Source: Cytophagales bacterium (GTDB lineage Bacteria > Bacteroidota > Bacteroidia > Cytophagales > Cytophagaceae). From it: a stretch of 47,104 nt of DNA. Positions 19,895 to 29,221 of the stretch are shown here, one piece after another. Both the position numbers and the translations under genes were made by a program. The stretch is taken from the NCBI GenBank assembly GCA_043718845.1, contig JAYSUZ010000286.1, forward strand, positions 1 through 47,104, written 5' to 3'. Position 1 is the stretch's first letter; every line of letters begins with the position of its first letter. The notes beneath the pieces were generated by a model, which saw only the letters and a list, made by a program, of their open reading frames with translations, was not told the DNA's origin and ran no database searches.

Positions 19895-20797
19895 CTACGC
19901 AATAATTGACCTTACGGCCACTTCGGAAACATTCAATATACATGCTGCGCCCAATACTACGGGAAGATTATCGGCTTCGTGCCCTGCTGGAAATCCAAAA
20001 CAAACAGGATAGTCGTATTCCTTTACTGCATCGAAAATAATTTCATAAGCAGTTTTTCCAAAACCCACTTCATTGTCTTCCATAGTGGTAAAATGCCCAA
20101 CCATGAGTCCTGAAATCCCCTTTAAAACTCCTGCCCGTTTCAACTGAACCATCATCCTATCTATTCGATAAAGATTTTCTCCTACATCTTCAATCAACAA
20201 CAATCGTCCTTTCGTTTTCAATTCGGAAGGCGTACCAAGTAGCGAACATAAAATAGACAAATTCCCTCCTACCAAACTCCCTTTTGCCTGCCCTTCTCTA
20301 TTCAATTTATGCGTGGGGAAATCATATTTTATCGCCTTCCCAAAGAGCGTATCTTTAAGTTTTGCTACGGACAATTCATAGCCTTTTTTACCAAATAAAA
20401 TAGGCATAACACCGTGAATACTTTGAATTTTATGCTTCTGCAACTGTGCGTGCAATACCGTAACATCGCTAAAGCCTACCACCCACTTAGGGTGCTTAAC
20501 TATTGTTTTAAAACTTATGTTGTCAATAATTTTAACCGTACCATAGCCGCCTCGAGCACAAAATATAGCCTTGATAGAATTGTCGTCCATCGCCCATTGA
20601 AGGTCTTCTTCCCTATCGGCATCGTCTCCTGCAAACTGGTGGTACTTTCTATAAAGACTTACGCCTTCTACTACTTCTAAACCCCAACTTTTAAGGATTT
20701 CTATAGCATTGGACAATTCTTTTTTATCAAAATTTTTAGCGGTGGCCACTAAGGCTACTTTATCTTTTCGTTTAAGGAATGGTGGTTTTATAAACAT
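19895..20797 (-). CDS. ldcA: LD-carboxypeptidase (peptidase S66, LdcA/MccF-like)
   Basis: Nucleophile motif VVGFSDVT, C-terminal GFPAGHE, and GGYG. The internal ATG at 20797 (MFIKPPFLKRKDKVALVA) is preferred because a terminator hairpin lies at 20841-20874. Confidence 0.85.
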   Translation of the reverse strand: MFIKPPFLKRKDKVALVATAKNFDKKELSNAIEILKSWGLEVVEGVSLYRKYHQFAGDDADREEDLQWAMDDNSIKAIFCARGGYGTVKIIDNISFKTIVKHPKWVVGFSDVTVLHAQLQKHKIQSIHGVMPILFGKKGYELSVAKLKDTLFGKAIKYDFPTHKLNREGQAKGSLVGGNLSILCSLLGTPSELKTKGRLLLIEDVGENLYRIDRMMVQLKRAGVLKGISGLMVGHFTTMEDNEVGFGKTAYEIIFDAVKEYDYPVCFGFPAGHEADNLPVVLGAACILNVSEVAVRSIIA

Positions 20798-20840
20798 AGT
20801 ACTATTTATTTTTGATTGTGAAAGATACAAAATTTAGACA

Positions 20841-20874
20841 AAAAAAAGAGCCGCATCGCTACGACTCTTTTTTT
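20841..20874 (-). terminator. Intrinsic terminator after the bamA-skp-skp operon
   Basis: On the minus strand, aaaaaaagagtcg...cggctcttttttt forms a stem with one mismatch, flanked by A- and T-runs. It lies 17 nt after the skp stop. Confidence 0.55.
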
Positions 20875-20890
20875 ACACCTCAACGGTTAA

Positions 20891-21490
20891 TTATTTAGTA
20901 CCATTCATAACTGGAGCAGGCTTCACTACAGCCTTTTCTTCAGCGGGTGGCGTTACACCTAGGTCTTTCAATACAAGATTTGTAATGTTATCTTCCTTGC
21001 TTCTTGCATATAAAATAATAGCAGAACCTGCGTAATCCGCATGAGTACTTATGATATACGAATACCCATTTGCAGCGGCAACTCTTTCAATAGCGGCTTG
21101 AATCTTTTCTATTACAGGCTCTAGCAATACAACTTGTTTTTTCTGTAAAGAAGATTGTGCTGTTTCTTCAAACTCTCTGATAGAAGACTGAAGCCCTGTA
21201 AGTTCTTTTTCTTTGTCTAATCGAACAGGTTCTGCCATTAGGTTTTTTCCTGCTTCGTACTCTTTATATTTTTTTTCAAATTCTGCAATCTTAGAATCCA
21301 TCTGAGCCTTCAGCTGCTTTTCATACGTTTGCAATTCAGATTCTATTCTTTTCGCATCCGGCAACAACCCAAGAATTTGTTCAAGGTTTGTGTACCCAAT
21401 CTTAAGGGCCGCAGGTGCAGTTGTTTGTGCCATAGCACTGAAACTTGTTGTAAAAGCTAACGCTAGTAATACGACTAATTTATTTTTCAT
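20891..21490 (-). CDS. OmpH/Skp family periplasmic chaperone
   Basis: Signal peptide, IGYTNLEQIL start and coiled-coil K/E-rich body typical of OmpH. It lies downstream of bamA. Confidence 0.85.
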   Translation of the reverse strand: MKNKLVVLLALAFTTSFSAMAQTTAPAALKIGYTNLEQILGLLPDAKRIESELQTYEKQLKAQMDSKIAEFEKKYKEYEAGKNLMAEPVRLDKEKELTGLQSSIREFEETAQSSLQKKQVVLLEPVIEKIQAAIERVAAANGYSYIISTHADYAGSAIILYARSKEDNITNLVLKDLGVTPPAEEKAVVKPAPVMNGTK

Positions 21491-21550
21491 TCGTTTTTAA
21501 TTTGATTTATTTTCTTACTTCACAAATATTATACCTTTATTGGTATTTAC

Positions 21551-22108
21551 CTAATGTTTATTATTATAACGTTCATTATCAGGTTTATCGTTTTTATCTC
21601 CCAGACCTAATTTCTCTAATACATACTCCGAATAATCGTGAATTGGATTGGTGTAAATCATTACCAAATCACCCGATTTGTCAAATACAATTTGAAGTTG
21701 TTTTTCTTTAGCCATTTTCTCTACGGCCTCAAAAACTTGGTCTTGAACGGGCTTTACCAACTCTTGCTTCTTCAGAAACAACATCCCTTCAAAGCCAAAT
21801 ATTTTCTTCTGAAACTCCCGCATTGCTTTATCTTTCGAGTTCAGCGTATCTTGCCGTTCCTTTTTCATTTCTTCCGTCAGCAACACTTCTTCTGCTTGGA
21901 ATTTTCTTCTAAAATCATCCACCTGCTTGCGCATCGTCTCCAATTCTCGCTGCCATTTCTCAGAAGATTTATTTAATTCCTGTTGCGCCTTTGCAAACTC
22001 AGGCATCTTTCCCATGATATAATCAGAGTCGATATAGCCAAATTTCTGAGCAAAAGCTCCTGAAAAAGCACAAAAGATACTAATTACTAAGATCACTACT
22101 TTTTTCAT
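21551..22108 (-). CDS. OmpH/Skp family periplasmic chaperone (paralog)
   Basis: Signal peptide, FGYIDSDYIM start and coiled-coil body. It lies immediately downstream of bamA. Confidence 0.85.
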   Translation of the reverse strand: MKKVVILVISIFCAFSGAFAQKFGYIDSDYIMGKMPEFAKAQQELNKSSEKWQRELETMRKQVDDFRRKFQAEEVLLTEEMKKERQDTLNSKDKAMREFQKKIFGFEGMLFLKKQELVKPVQDQVFEAVEKMAKEKQLQIVFDKSGDLVMIYTNPIHDYSEYVLEKLGLGDKNDKPDNERYNNKH

Positions 22109-22166
22109 TTGCTCGAATTTTGAAAGTAAAACGACGAAACTGCCTTTTTTCTTGTGCTCGATAATA

Positions 22167-24710
22167 TTACCTCAACTGCTGCCCTATCGTGAATGTAAAT
22201 ACAGGCTTATAGGCTCCTCTTACTAAACTATTAGACTGATTAGGAATTAAATCCATTGGCCATCCATAATCAAGCCCTATCAACCCAAAAGCCGGCATGA
22301 AAATCCTTGCGCCTACCCCTGCTGCTCTGTACAAATCAAATGGATTAAATTCTTTTGGTGTAACCCAAACATTTCCCGCTTCAAAAAAACCAAGAATTGA
22401 AAGTGACAATGCCTGACTTGTAGCAATTGGATATCTAATTTCTGCCGTAAACTTATCAAAAACAGTCCCCCCTACTTGGTTAAACAACCCAGAAGGTAAC
22501 GAATAGGGCTGATACCCTCTGAGTCCTACAAAATCGGTACCAATAGCTCCAAAAACACCAAACATTCCATTACCACCCATCACAAATCGTTCAAACGGCC
22601 CTATACCGGTACTTTTTTGATATGCACCAATAAATCCGAAATTCGCTTTCGCACGCAACACCAAATTCCTCTTTTTCCCTGGTATTAAAGTAGCGTACCA
22701 ATCACTGTCAAAGCCCCATTTATGGTATTCAACAAATTTGTAACGTGTAGTAGCCGGCAACGTTACATCTGAATAATTTACATTATTAAAGAGAGAATAA
22801 GGAGGTGTAAGTGCTAACGTGAGCGCAAAACTAGAGCCTTTTGTAGGAAAATTAAACTCGTCAATATTATTCCTAGACAACGTAGTAGTGAGGGCTATAC
22901 TATTGGAGTACCCTGTACTAATCCCAATCCTACTATAATTACCATAATTCCTATAATGATATAAGGAATAAGTTAAACTATTATTCAACGTAAAATAATC
23001 ATCCGGCTTTTTCAATCTTCGCCCTAGACCAACACTTGCGCTGGTAATATCAAGGTGTTGATCGTTTTTACCAGTGGCAGGATTATAAGAATTTGTATTA
23101 GAATGATTGGCGCTTACAGAGAAGGAAATAGGCTTCCTACCTCTAAACCAAGGCTCCATAAATGAAGTAGAGTAATTTTGAAAACGCTGACCATTTGATT
23201 GGAAATTTATACTAAGTCGTTGACCGTCTCCAGAAGGCAGCGGATCCCACGTTTTCAACTTCGTAATATTTCGCAGTGAAAAATTATTAAACACCAAGCC
23301 TAATGTCCCTGTCAAACCTCCAAACCCATTAACTCCATTCCTTGAACCGCCACCCCAGCCTCCGGATAGTTGTATCTGGTCGCTCGGCTTCTCTACTACT
23401 GTATAATGGATATCGACCGTACCTTTTGCTTGATTGGGCACAGGGTTGATGTCAATTTTTTCTGGATCAAAATACCCCAAAGTAGAAAGCTCTCGCTGCG
23501 AACGAATCAAATCTGATCGACTAAATTTATCTCCAGGCACAGTTCTTAATTCTCGAAGAATAACATGGTCGTGTGTCTTTGTATTTCCGCTTATCGTAAT
23601 CTGATCTATTATAGCGAGTTTACCTTCGTAAATCCTCATTTCTATATCTATTGAATCACCTTCTACAACTATTTCTACAGGGTCTACACTGAAAAATAAA
23701 TACCCATTATCCAGATACATGGAACTAATATCAACACCTGTTGGATTGTAATTAAGTTTTTTCTGCAGCAAATCAGCATTATAAACGGTCCCTTTCTTGA
23801 TTGCAAGTATGCTGTCTAGCAGCTTTGTAGCATAAATAAAATTACCTTTCCAATATATGTTTCTGAAATAATACTTCTTACCTTCTTCCACAAATATGTC
23901 AATATTGACTTTATCTCCTACGACTTTCGATACGCTATCTTTAACGATTACCATATCTCTGTAACCTTTATTATTATAATATTCGATAATTTTTTCTTTA
24001 TCGGCTTCGTATAGCTTTTCAATAAATTTTGAGGATATAAAGAATTTATAATACTTCTGCTCCTTCGTTTTTTTCATTTTCTTTTTCAAAAATTCCTCAT
24101 CAAAAGCAGTTACTCCATGGAAATCGATGCTTCTCACCATAACCTTGTCGTGCTTTTTCACATTTACCTTCAGGAAAACATTGTTATCAAGCATCGAATC
24201 TTTCAACGGCTGAACCGTAACGTCTACATTATAATACCCTTTATCAAGATAAAAATTTCGAATCTTTTTTTGTGCATTTTTAATCATTGCATCGTTTACT
24301 ACCGTTCCGCGCGTATGGTCTATTTTCTCAAGCAAGTCGTCTCGATCGCCCTTTTTTATACCTTTCCCAAATACATATTTAGACAACCTAGGCCTTTCCT
24401 TTAGCTTGAAATCTAAATAGATCAAATTACCTTCGGTTCTAACCACATTCACCTCCACATCGCCAATAAGCCCTTGGTCCCATATCCGTTTAATCGCATT
24501 ACTTATTTGATCTCCTGGAACAGTTATTTTGTCCCCAGATTTCAGATTGGCAATAGCAATAATAGCATTCGGATCTAAAAACTGAACACCACTTACGGTA
24601 ATTTCCCCAATAATATATTCCGTTGGACTTTTATAATCTCCCTCAAATTTTTGACCTAAGGCTACTGCAGAAAATAATAACGCTATAACAATACTTAAAT
24701 ATCTCTTCAT
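22167..24710 (-). CDS. bamA: Outer membrane protein assembly factor BamA
   Basis: 847 aa with POTRA-like repeats (ITVSGVQFLD, IDFHGVTAF, ITISGNTKTHDHVILRE). The C-terminal beta-barrel ends in an aromatic-rich segment. Confidence 0.92.
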   Translation of the reverse strand: MKRYLSIVIALLFSAVALGQKFEGDYKSPTEYIIGEITVSGVQFLDPNAIIAIANLKSGDKITVPGDQISNAIKRIWDQGLIGDVEVNVVRTEGNLIYLDFKLKERPRLSKYVFGKGIKKGDRDDLLEKIDHTRGTVVNDAMIKNAQKKIRNFYLDKGYYNVDVTVQPLKDSMLDNNVFLKVNVKKHDKVMVRSIDFHGVTAFDEEFLKKKMKKTKEQKYYKFFISSKFIEKLYEADKEKIIEYYNNKGYRDMVIVKDSVSKVVGDKVNIDIFVEEGKKYYFRNIYWKGNFIYATKLLDSILAIKKGTVYNADLLQKKLNYNPTGVDISSMYLDNGYLFFSVDPVEIVVEGDSIDIEMRIYEGKLAIIDQITISGNTKTHDHVILRELRTVPGDKFSRSDLIRSQRELSTLGYFDPEKIDINPVPNQAKGTVDIHYTVVEKPSDQIQLSGGWGGGSRNGVNGFGGLTGTLGLVFNNFSLRNITKLKTWDPLPSGDGQRLSINFQSNGQRFQNYSTSFMEPWFRGRKPISFSVSANHSNTNSYNPATGKNDQHLDITSASVGLGRRLKKPDDYFTLNNSLTYSLYHYRNYGNYSRIGISTGYSNSIALTTTLSRNNIDEFNFPTKGSSFALTLALTPPYSLFNNVNYSDVTLPATTRYKFVEYHKWGFDSDWYATLIPGKKRNLVLRAKANFGFIGAYQKSTGIGPFERFVMGGNGMFGVFGAIGTDFVGLRGYQPYSLPSGLFNQVGGTVFDKFTAEIRYPIATSQALSLSILGFFEAGNVWVTPKEFNPFDLYRAAGVGARIFMPAFGLIGLDYGWPMDLIPNQSNSLVRGAYKPVFTFTIGQQLR

Positions 24711-25463
24711 TTATTTTATGCTATCCTTAATTTGTTCGCCAGTCTTACCAAACCGTCGTTCTCTCTTTTGATAATCAATTACGGCTTCGTACAAGTGTTT
24801 CTTTCTGAAATCAGGCCAAAGCACCTCTGTAATATACAACTCTGTATAGGCTATTTGCCATAATAGAAAATTACTTATTCTAAATTCACCACTTGTCCTA
24901 ATAAGTAACTCAGGGTCAGGTATGGTGCTCGTAGATAAATTAGACTCCACCGTTCTCTCGTTAATTTCTTCAGGTAAAAGCAGTCCTTCTTTTACTTGTT
25001 GGGAAATTTTTTTTATTGCTTCTACAATCTCCCACCGCCCACTATAACTGAGGGCTAAAACAAGCGTAAGACCTGTATTATCAGCCGTAATATCCTTAGA
25101 TTCCTGCAACTGCTGTTGACATTTCACAGGCAATTCTGAAATATTACCTATCGTTTCAAGCTTTATATTATTCTTATGCAATTCCTTAACTTCTGAACGA
25201 AGGCTAGAAACCAGCAATTCCATAAGGGCATTCACCTCTTCTTTTGGTCTACTCCAATTCTCTGTCGAAAATGCATAAAGCGTTATATAACGCACGCCCA
25301 ATTCCGCTCCAGCCTCAATAACATCCCTAACAGATTTTACCGCATTTTGATGACCAAAAATCCTCAATGCACCTTTTTTCTTAGCCCATCGTCCATTGCC
25401 ATCCATAATAATGGCAATATGTGCTGGAATTCTGCTTTTATCTATTTCTTCAATTAAACTCAT
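24711..25463 (-). CDS. uppS: Undecaprenyl diphosphate synthase (isoprenyl transferase)
   Basis: HIAIIMDGNGRWA, FSTENWSRP, RTSGEFRISNFLLWQ. The ATG at 25463 is preferred because a -7 box lies at 25485-25492. The stop codon directly abuts the bamA ATG. Confidence 0.93.
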   Translation of the reverse strand: MSLIEEIDKSRIPAHIAIIMDGNGRWAKKKGALRIFGHQNAVKSVRDVIEAGAELGVRYITLYAFSTENWSRPKEEVNALMELLVSSLRSEVKELHKNNIKLETIGNISELPVKCQQQLQESKDITADNTGLTLVLALSYSGRWEIVEAIKKISQQVKEGLLLPEEINERTVESNLSTSTIPDPELLIRTSGEFRISNFLLWQIAYTELYITEVLWPDFRKKHLYEAVIDYQKRERRFGKTGEQIKDSIK

Positions 25464-25484
25464 TAAGGTCAATTTACAAGGGGG

Positions 25485-25492
25485 CAAAGCTA
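25485..25492 (-). promoter_or_regulatory. -7 box TAGCTTTG upstream of uppS
   Basis: The reverse complement of caaagcta matches TAnnTTTG, 21 nt upstream of the ATG at 25463. Confidence 0.4.
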
Positions 25493-25522
25493 CGAAAGGA
25501 AATCCTTAATTAAAACTAAATA

Positions 25523-26257
25523 TTACTGTAAAGACTCTTGCGGGCACTTTACTTTATAAATAGTGTAACTCAAGGATACTCCAGTATAAAAATACCAATC
25601 GTTATCCAAAGGATTACCTGTACTCTTCGTTCCTATATAGCCATCGCTTACCCCATCGAGGTAATCCGTAAAGGTTTTGTGCGCTATAAATTCTGTCCCT
25701 AAATTAAGATTTTTCGTTAAAATAAATTTCATACCTAATCCAAATGGAACAGCAACATTAATTCCTGTATTGGCAGACGATTCCGAAACAGCATTAGATA
25801 CGACCGAAGGAAAGCCTCCGGCAAACACTGCTAAACCGCCTGTTAGGTAAGGTGAAAATTTCATCAGTTGTTTTTTATTCCTAAAATTAAAGAAATTATA
25901 TTCTCCCATTAAAGAAATCTCTGAGATAGTAGTTGTAAAACTAGCGTCCCTCACATCAGCAACTGCTTCCTTGGAGCGATGCTCAGACCCTGCCAACTTA
26001 CCTATCGAAAAACCTAAACGCAATGCTGTAAAGCTATTCTTACCGTTAAAACGATAAAAAGCCATTCCTCCTGGTCTGTAATTTGAAAAATTGTAACGGG
26101 GATTTACGTCACCAATATAATTTAGTCCTCCTACACCTAATCCGAACTCATGCTTTTGAGCAATGGATACAGAAGAAACAACCAGCATTAAAAACAAAAA
26201 AACAGGAAGAATTAACTTTCCTGTTTTTTCAAAGTATTTATATTCAGAACGATGCAT
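25523..26257 (-). CDS. DUF6089-like outer-membrane beta-barrel protein
   Basis: Signal peptide, alternating beta-strand pattern, and aromatic C-terminus (VSLSYTIY). It occupies the conserved position between nadK and uppS in Bacteroidota. Confidence 0.65.
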   Translation of the reverse strand: MHRSEYKYFEKTGKLILPVFLFLMLVVSSVSIAQKHEFGLGVGGLNYIGDVNPRYNFSNYRPGGMAFYRFNGKNSFTALRLGFSIGKLAGSEHRSKEAVADVRDASFTTTISEISLMGEYNFFNFRNKKQLMKFSPYLTGGLAVFAGGFPSVVSNAVSESSANTGINVAVPFGLGMKFILTKNLNLGTEFIAHKTFTDYLDGVSDGYIGTKSTGNPLDNDWYFYTGVSLSYTIYKVKCPQESLQ

Positions 26258-26276
26258 ACTAACTTGAAACAGTATG

Positions 26277-26284
26277 CAAATATA
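26277..26284 (-). promoter_or_regulatory. -7 box TATATTTG
   Basis: The reverse complement of caaatata matches TAnnTTTG, 19 nt upstream of the ATG at 26257. Confidence 0.4.
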
Positions 26285-26309
26285 ACGTTATTTTGCTAAT
26301 TATATTGTA

Positions 26310-27314
26310 TTATCTAAATTTTGGACAGATAACCTTTGTAGGGATAATATAAGTCAAATGGAATCCTGTGATAATATAAGCATCTCTTCTGCCTTTAGAA
26401 TCACCTCTTGTAGTACTTCCTGGTTGAGAATCTCCAAGGTTCATGAGATTATGAACCGTACCGTCAGCCTCTGTGATCACTACGGGTGTTTGCGTTATTA
26501 TAGCAGCAGAAGTAAAATTACCATCTCCCGCCAATTCGCTAGATCTATTTGACAACATTGCGGAGGTCAAACTTCCTGTAGCGTTGTATAATGCTTGTTG
26601 ATCTACATATTTACCACCTGCATCATCCAAGTAATCTGTTGTAGTAAATCTCCAACCCATTTCAAATGCCAAATCTAGTTGAGGACTTAATTTATATCGA
26701 ATCCCTAACCCTATTGGTAAGGCAATCTGATGTAAACTGTAGGGCTTAGAAGCATAATCAACCCCTGTACCCTGACCTTCTGTATGTAAATCTCTTAGGT
26801 TAACTTTATCTCCTTCAAACTCTGCTTTTGGATTGTGGTGAAAATAAGCCAATCCTACAAACATATAAGGAACAAAATCAGGTCTTTTTTGGTATTTTCC
26901 TCTGTGCTCGATGAAATCAATAATTACATCGCCTTTCACTTCTAATATATTGTTGGTAAAAGATAAATTTCTTGATTTCCTCAAGATGTCGGCATGCTCA
27001 TCCCCTTTGGTAGAATAGCTGTTATTTGTAAAGTCATCTCCACCTATTCTTCCGTAAGAAACTGTACCTCTTGCCGAAACTCTTGTACCTAGTCTTCTTG
27101 TAACAACAAGTCCGAAATTGTATCGTGTGAATTTAATCCCTGGGCTCAAAAAACTTGGCCCTGGATCCATTTCTCCAACATAGTTCATTGTATTTAAACT
27201 CCCTCCAATGCTCCAATATTTATATTTTTTAGGAAACCCTTGTGCGTTAGATTCTACTAAAAACACAAGTGAGAACAAAAAAGATAATATTAATATTTTA
27301 GATAACTTGTTCAT
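26310..27314 (-). CDS. DUF6089-like outer-membrane beta-barrel protein (longer paralog)
   Basis: Signal peptide (FLVESNAQ) and beta-barrel-like alternation. It shares motifs with the neighbouring gene: the DYLD segment (FTDYLDG here versus TTDYLDD) and HLTYII versus SLSYTIY. Confidence 0.6.
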   Translation of the reverse strand: MNKLSKILILSFLFSLVFLVESNAQGFPKKYKYWSIGGSLNTMNYVGEMDPGPSFLSPGIKFTRYNFGLVVTRRLGTRVSARGTVSYGRIGGDDFTNNSYSTKGDEHADILRKSRNLSFTNNILEVKGDVIIDFIEHRGKYQKRPDFVPYMFVGLAYFHHNPKAEFEGDKVNLRDLHTEGQGTGVDYASKPYSLHQIALPIGLGIRYKLSPQLDLAFEMGWRFTTTDYLDDAGGKYVDQQALYNATGSLTSAMLSNRSSELAGDGNFTSAAIITQTPVVITEADGTVHNLMNLGDSQPGSTTRGDSKGRRDAYIITGFHLTYIIPTKVICPKFR

Positions 27315-27356
27315 ATTTTATAAACTTTTAAACACAATTCAGAAATAGACCTCCTA

Positions 27357-27364
27357 CAAATATA
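27357..27364 (-). promoter_or_regulatory. -7 box TATATTTG
   Basis: The reverse complement of caaatata matches TAnnTTTG, 42 nt upstream of the ATG at 27314. Confidence 0.4.
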
Positions 27365-27513
27365 GGCTAATAATACGAAAATCAAAATATTTAGTATAAG
27401 AATTCCCCTAAAAAAATAAAAAAATGCAATTTATTCTTTTCATTATTAAACTATATATGGTATTTTTAGACATAAATCAATGTACTAGATACAATTAAAA
27501 TAACCGTATCTAA

Positions 27514-28389
27514 CTAATTTCTAAGGTCTAACCCCCAATTAAGCTTTTTACGAAGCGTTTCGTAATAATTGTACTTTTTCAACTCTACCAACTTAATTTT
27601 AAAGTCCGCTTTTTTAACAGTTAATTTGCTATTTGAGGGAACTTTAACAGACCTTGAATCAAATGAAATTAAGAAATTATTACTTCTACTTTCCACCTCG
27701 AAAGACACCTCGCTGTCATCGGATATAATAATTGGACGAACATTCAAATTATGAGGACTTACTGGCGCAATTATAAAGTTATTAGACCCTGGTTCTACCA
27801 ATGGCCCTCCGCAACTTAAAGAATACCCCGTAGAACCCGTTGGGGTAGATACGAGTAGGCCGTCTGCCCAATAAGAATTTAGGTATTCGCCATTAATATA
27901 AGTATGTACCACGATCATAGACGAAGTGTCGCGTTTTAGAATAGAAAACTCATTCAAGCCATAGTTGATGCCATGAAACCAATGTTCGCCATTTACTAAT
28001 TTCAAAAGCGTACGTTCTTTTATTCGATATTCACCTGCCAAAAGGCAATCAATCGCTTCCGCTATTTCTTCTCTTGCAGTAGTAGCCAAAAAACCCAATC
28101 GCCCTGTATTAATACCTAATATAGGAATCCCTCTATCCCCAACCATGGTTATAGCCTCCAATAATGTACCGTCTCCTCCAGCACTAATCATGAAGTCCAC
28201 CTCCGCTAAATCGTCTTTACTTGAATAAGTAGGATAATCTATATTTTTCAGCTCTTTTTTTTCCAAAATAGACTTAAAAGACTTATGCAATTGCACTTCC
28301 AGTTTATGTTTCTTCAAATGATCAAACATGGACTGCATAAATGGAATAACGTCGTCGTTGATGGGTCTACCGTGTATCGCAATTTTCAT
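27514..28389 (-). CDS. nadK: NAD kinase
   Basis: GGDGTLL, NTGRLGFL, STPTGSTGYSLS motifs. Confidence 0.93.
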   Translation of the reverse strand: MKIAIHGRPINDDVIPFMQSMFDHLKKHKLEVQLHKSFKSILEKKELKNIDYPTYSSKDDLAEVDFMISAGGDGTLLEAITMVGDRGIPILGINTGRLGFLATTAREEIAEAIDCLLAGEYRIKERTLLKLVNGEHWFHGINYGLNEFSILKRDTSSMIVVHTYINGEYLNSYWADGLLVSTPTGSTGYSLSCGGPLVEPGSNNFIIAPVSPHNLNVRPIIISDDSEVSFEVESRSNNFLISFDSRSVKVPSNSKLTVKKADFKIKLVELKKYNYYETLRKKLNWGLDLRN

Positions 28390-28460
28390 AAAACTCTAAA
28401 TTAAAAATAGAAACCTTCTGCACTTCTTGTTATCGCACTTAAAAATTAAATGCAAAGCCA

Positions 28461-29039
28461 CTATTTTTTTAAGGCTTCAACAACGTCAGAAATAGATTCA
28501 AATACAGTGTCTATTGATTTCATACCGTCTACCCCATAATATTTCTTTTGCGCCGAATAAAAGCCCGCAACAGGAGTTGTTTCTGAATTGTATACACTAA
28601 TCCTTTGTCTTATAATTGCTGGATCTTTATCGTCTGGGCGATCGGACGTTTCTCCTCTTTTTAATAAGCGGACAAACAACTCGTCTTCGTTAACCTCTAA
28701 CGCAATCATCCCTGAAACAGGAATAGAAGACTCGTTTAGCATCGTATCCAACGCACTCGCTTGCGCTACAGTACGAGGAAATCCATCAAAAATAAACCCA
28801 TTCACTTGTTTATTATGCTTGATTTTATCTTCAATTAACGCAATCACTAAAGCATCGGGAACAAGTAATCCTTTATCGGAATATTCCTGTGCCTGTTTAC
28901 CCAAGGGACTACCTGCTTTTTTTTCAGCACGCAAGATGTCGCCTGTTGAAAGATGCATTAAATTATATTGAGCTATTAATTTCTCACTTTGAGTACCTTT
29001 TCCTGCACCAGGAGGTCCGAATAATACGATGTTTAACAT
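28461..29039 (-). CDS. adk: Adenylate kinase (short-lid form)
   Basis: P-loop GPPGAGKGTQ, LSTGDILR, GFIFDGFPRT. Confidence 0.95.
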   Translation of the reverse strand: MLNIVLFGPPGAGKGTQSEKLIAQYNLMHLSTGDILRAEKKAGSPLGKQAQEYSDKGLLVPDALVIALIEDKIKHNKQVNGFIFDGFPRTVAQASALDTMLNESSIPVSGMIALEVNEDELFVRLLKRGETSDRPDDKDPAIIRQRISVYNSETTPVAGFYSAQKKYYGVDGMKSIDTVFESISDVVEALKK

Positions 29040-29062
29040 AAGAGTAATTCTAATTAGTAAGT

Positions 29063-29070
29063 CAAAATTA
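29063..29070 (-). promoter_or_regulatory. -7 box TAATTTTG upstream of adk
   Basis: The reverse complement of caaaatta matches TAnnTTTG, 23 nt upstream of the adk ATG. Confidence 0.4.
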
Positions 29071-29221
29071 ACAGACTATGTTAAAATATCCCTATTATTA
29101 GCTTTATTTATTTACAACATCTGTCATAATGTCATAAATAAGCCTCTTTTAGCTACATGGCACAACCCTTGTTTATAGAAGTTCAAGAAATAAAATCAAA
29201 TTAAAATAAATAATAAGAGGT

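Noticed and set aside
29158-29172. A sigma-54-like motif TGGCAC-N5-TTGT about 50 nt upstream of dnaK.
   Set aside because: The -12 element is GT rather than the conserved GC, and the match is a single short hit in A/T-rich DNA. It is not enough to call a promoter. No CIRCE (TTAGCACTC-N9-GAGTGCTAA) is present either.
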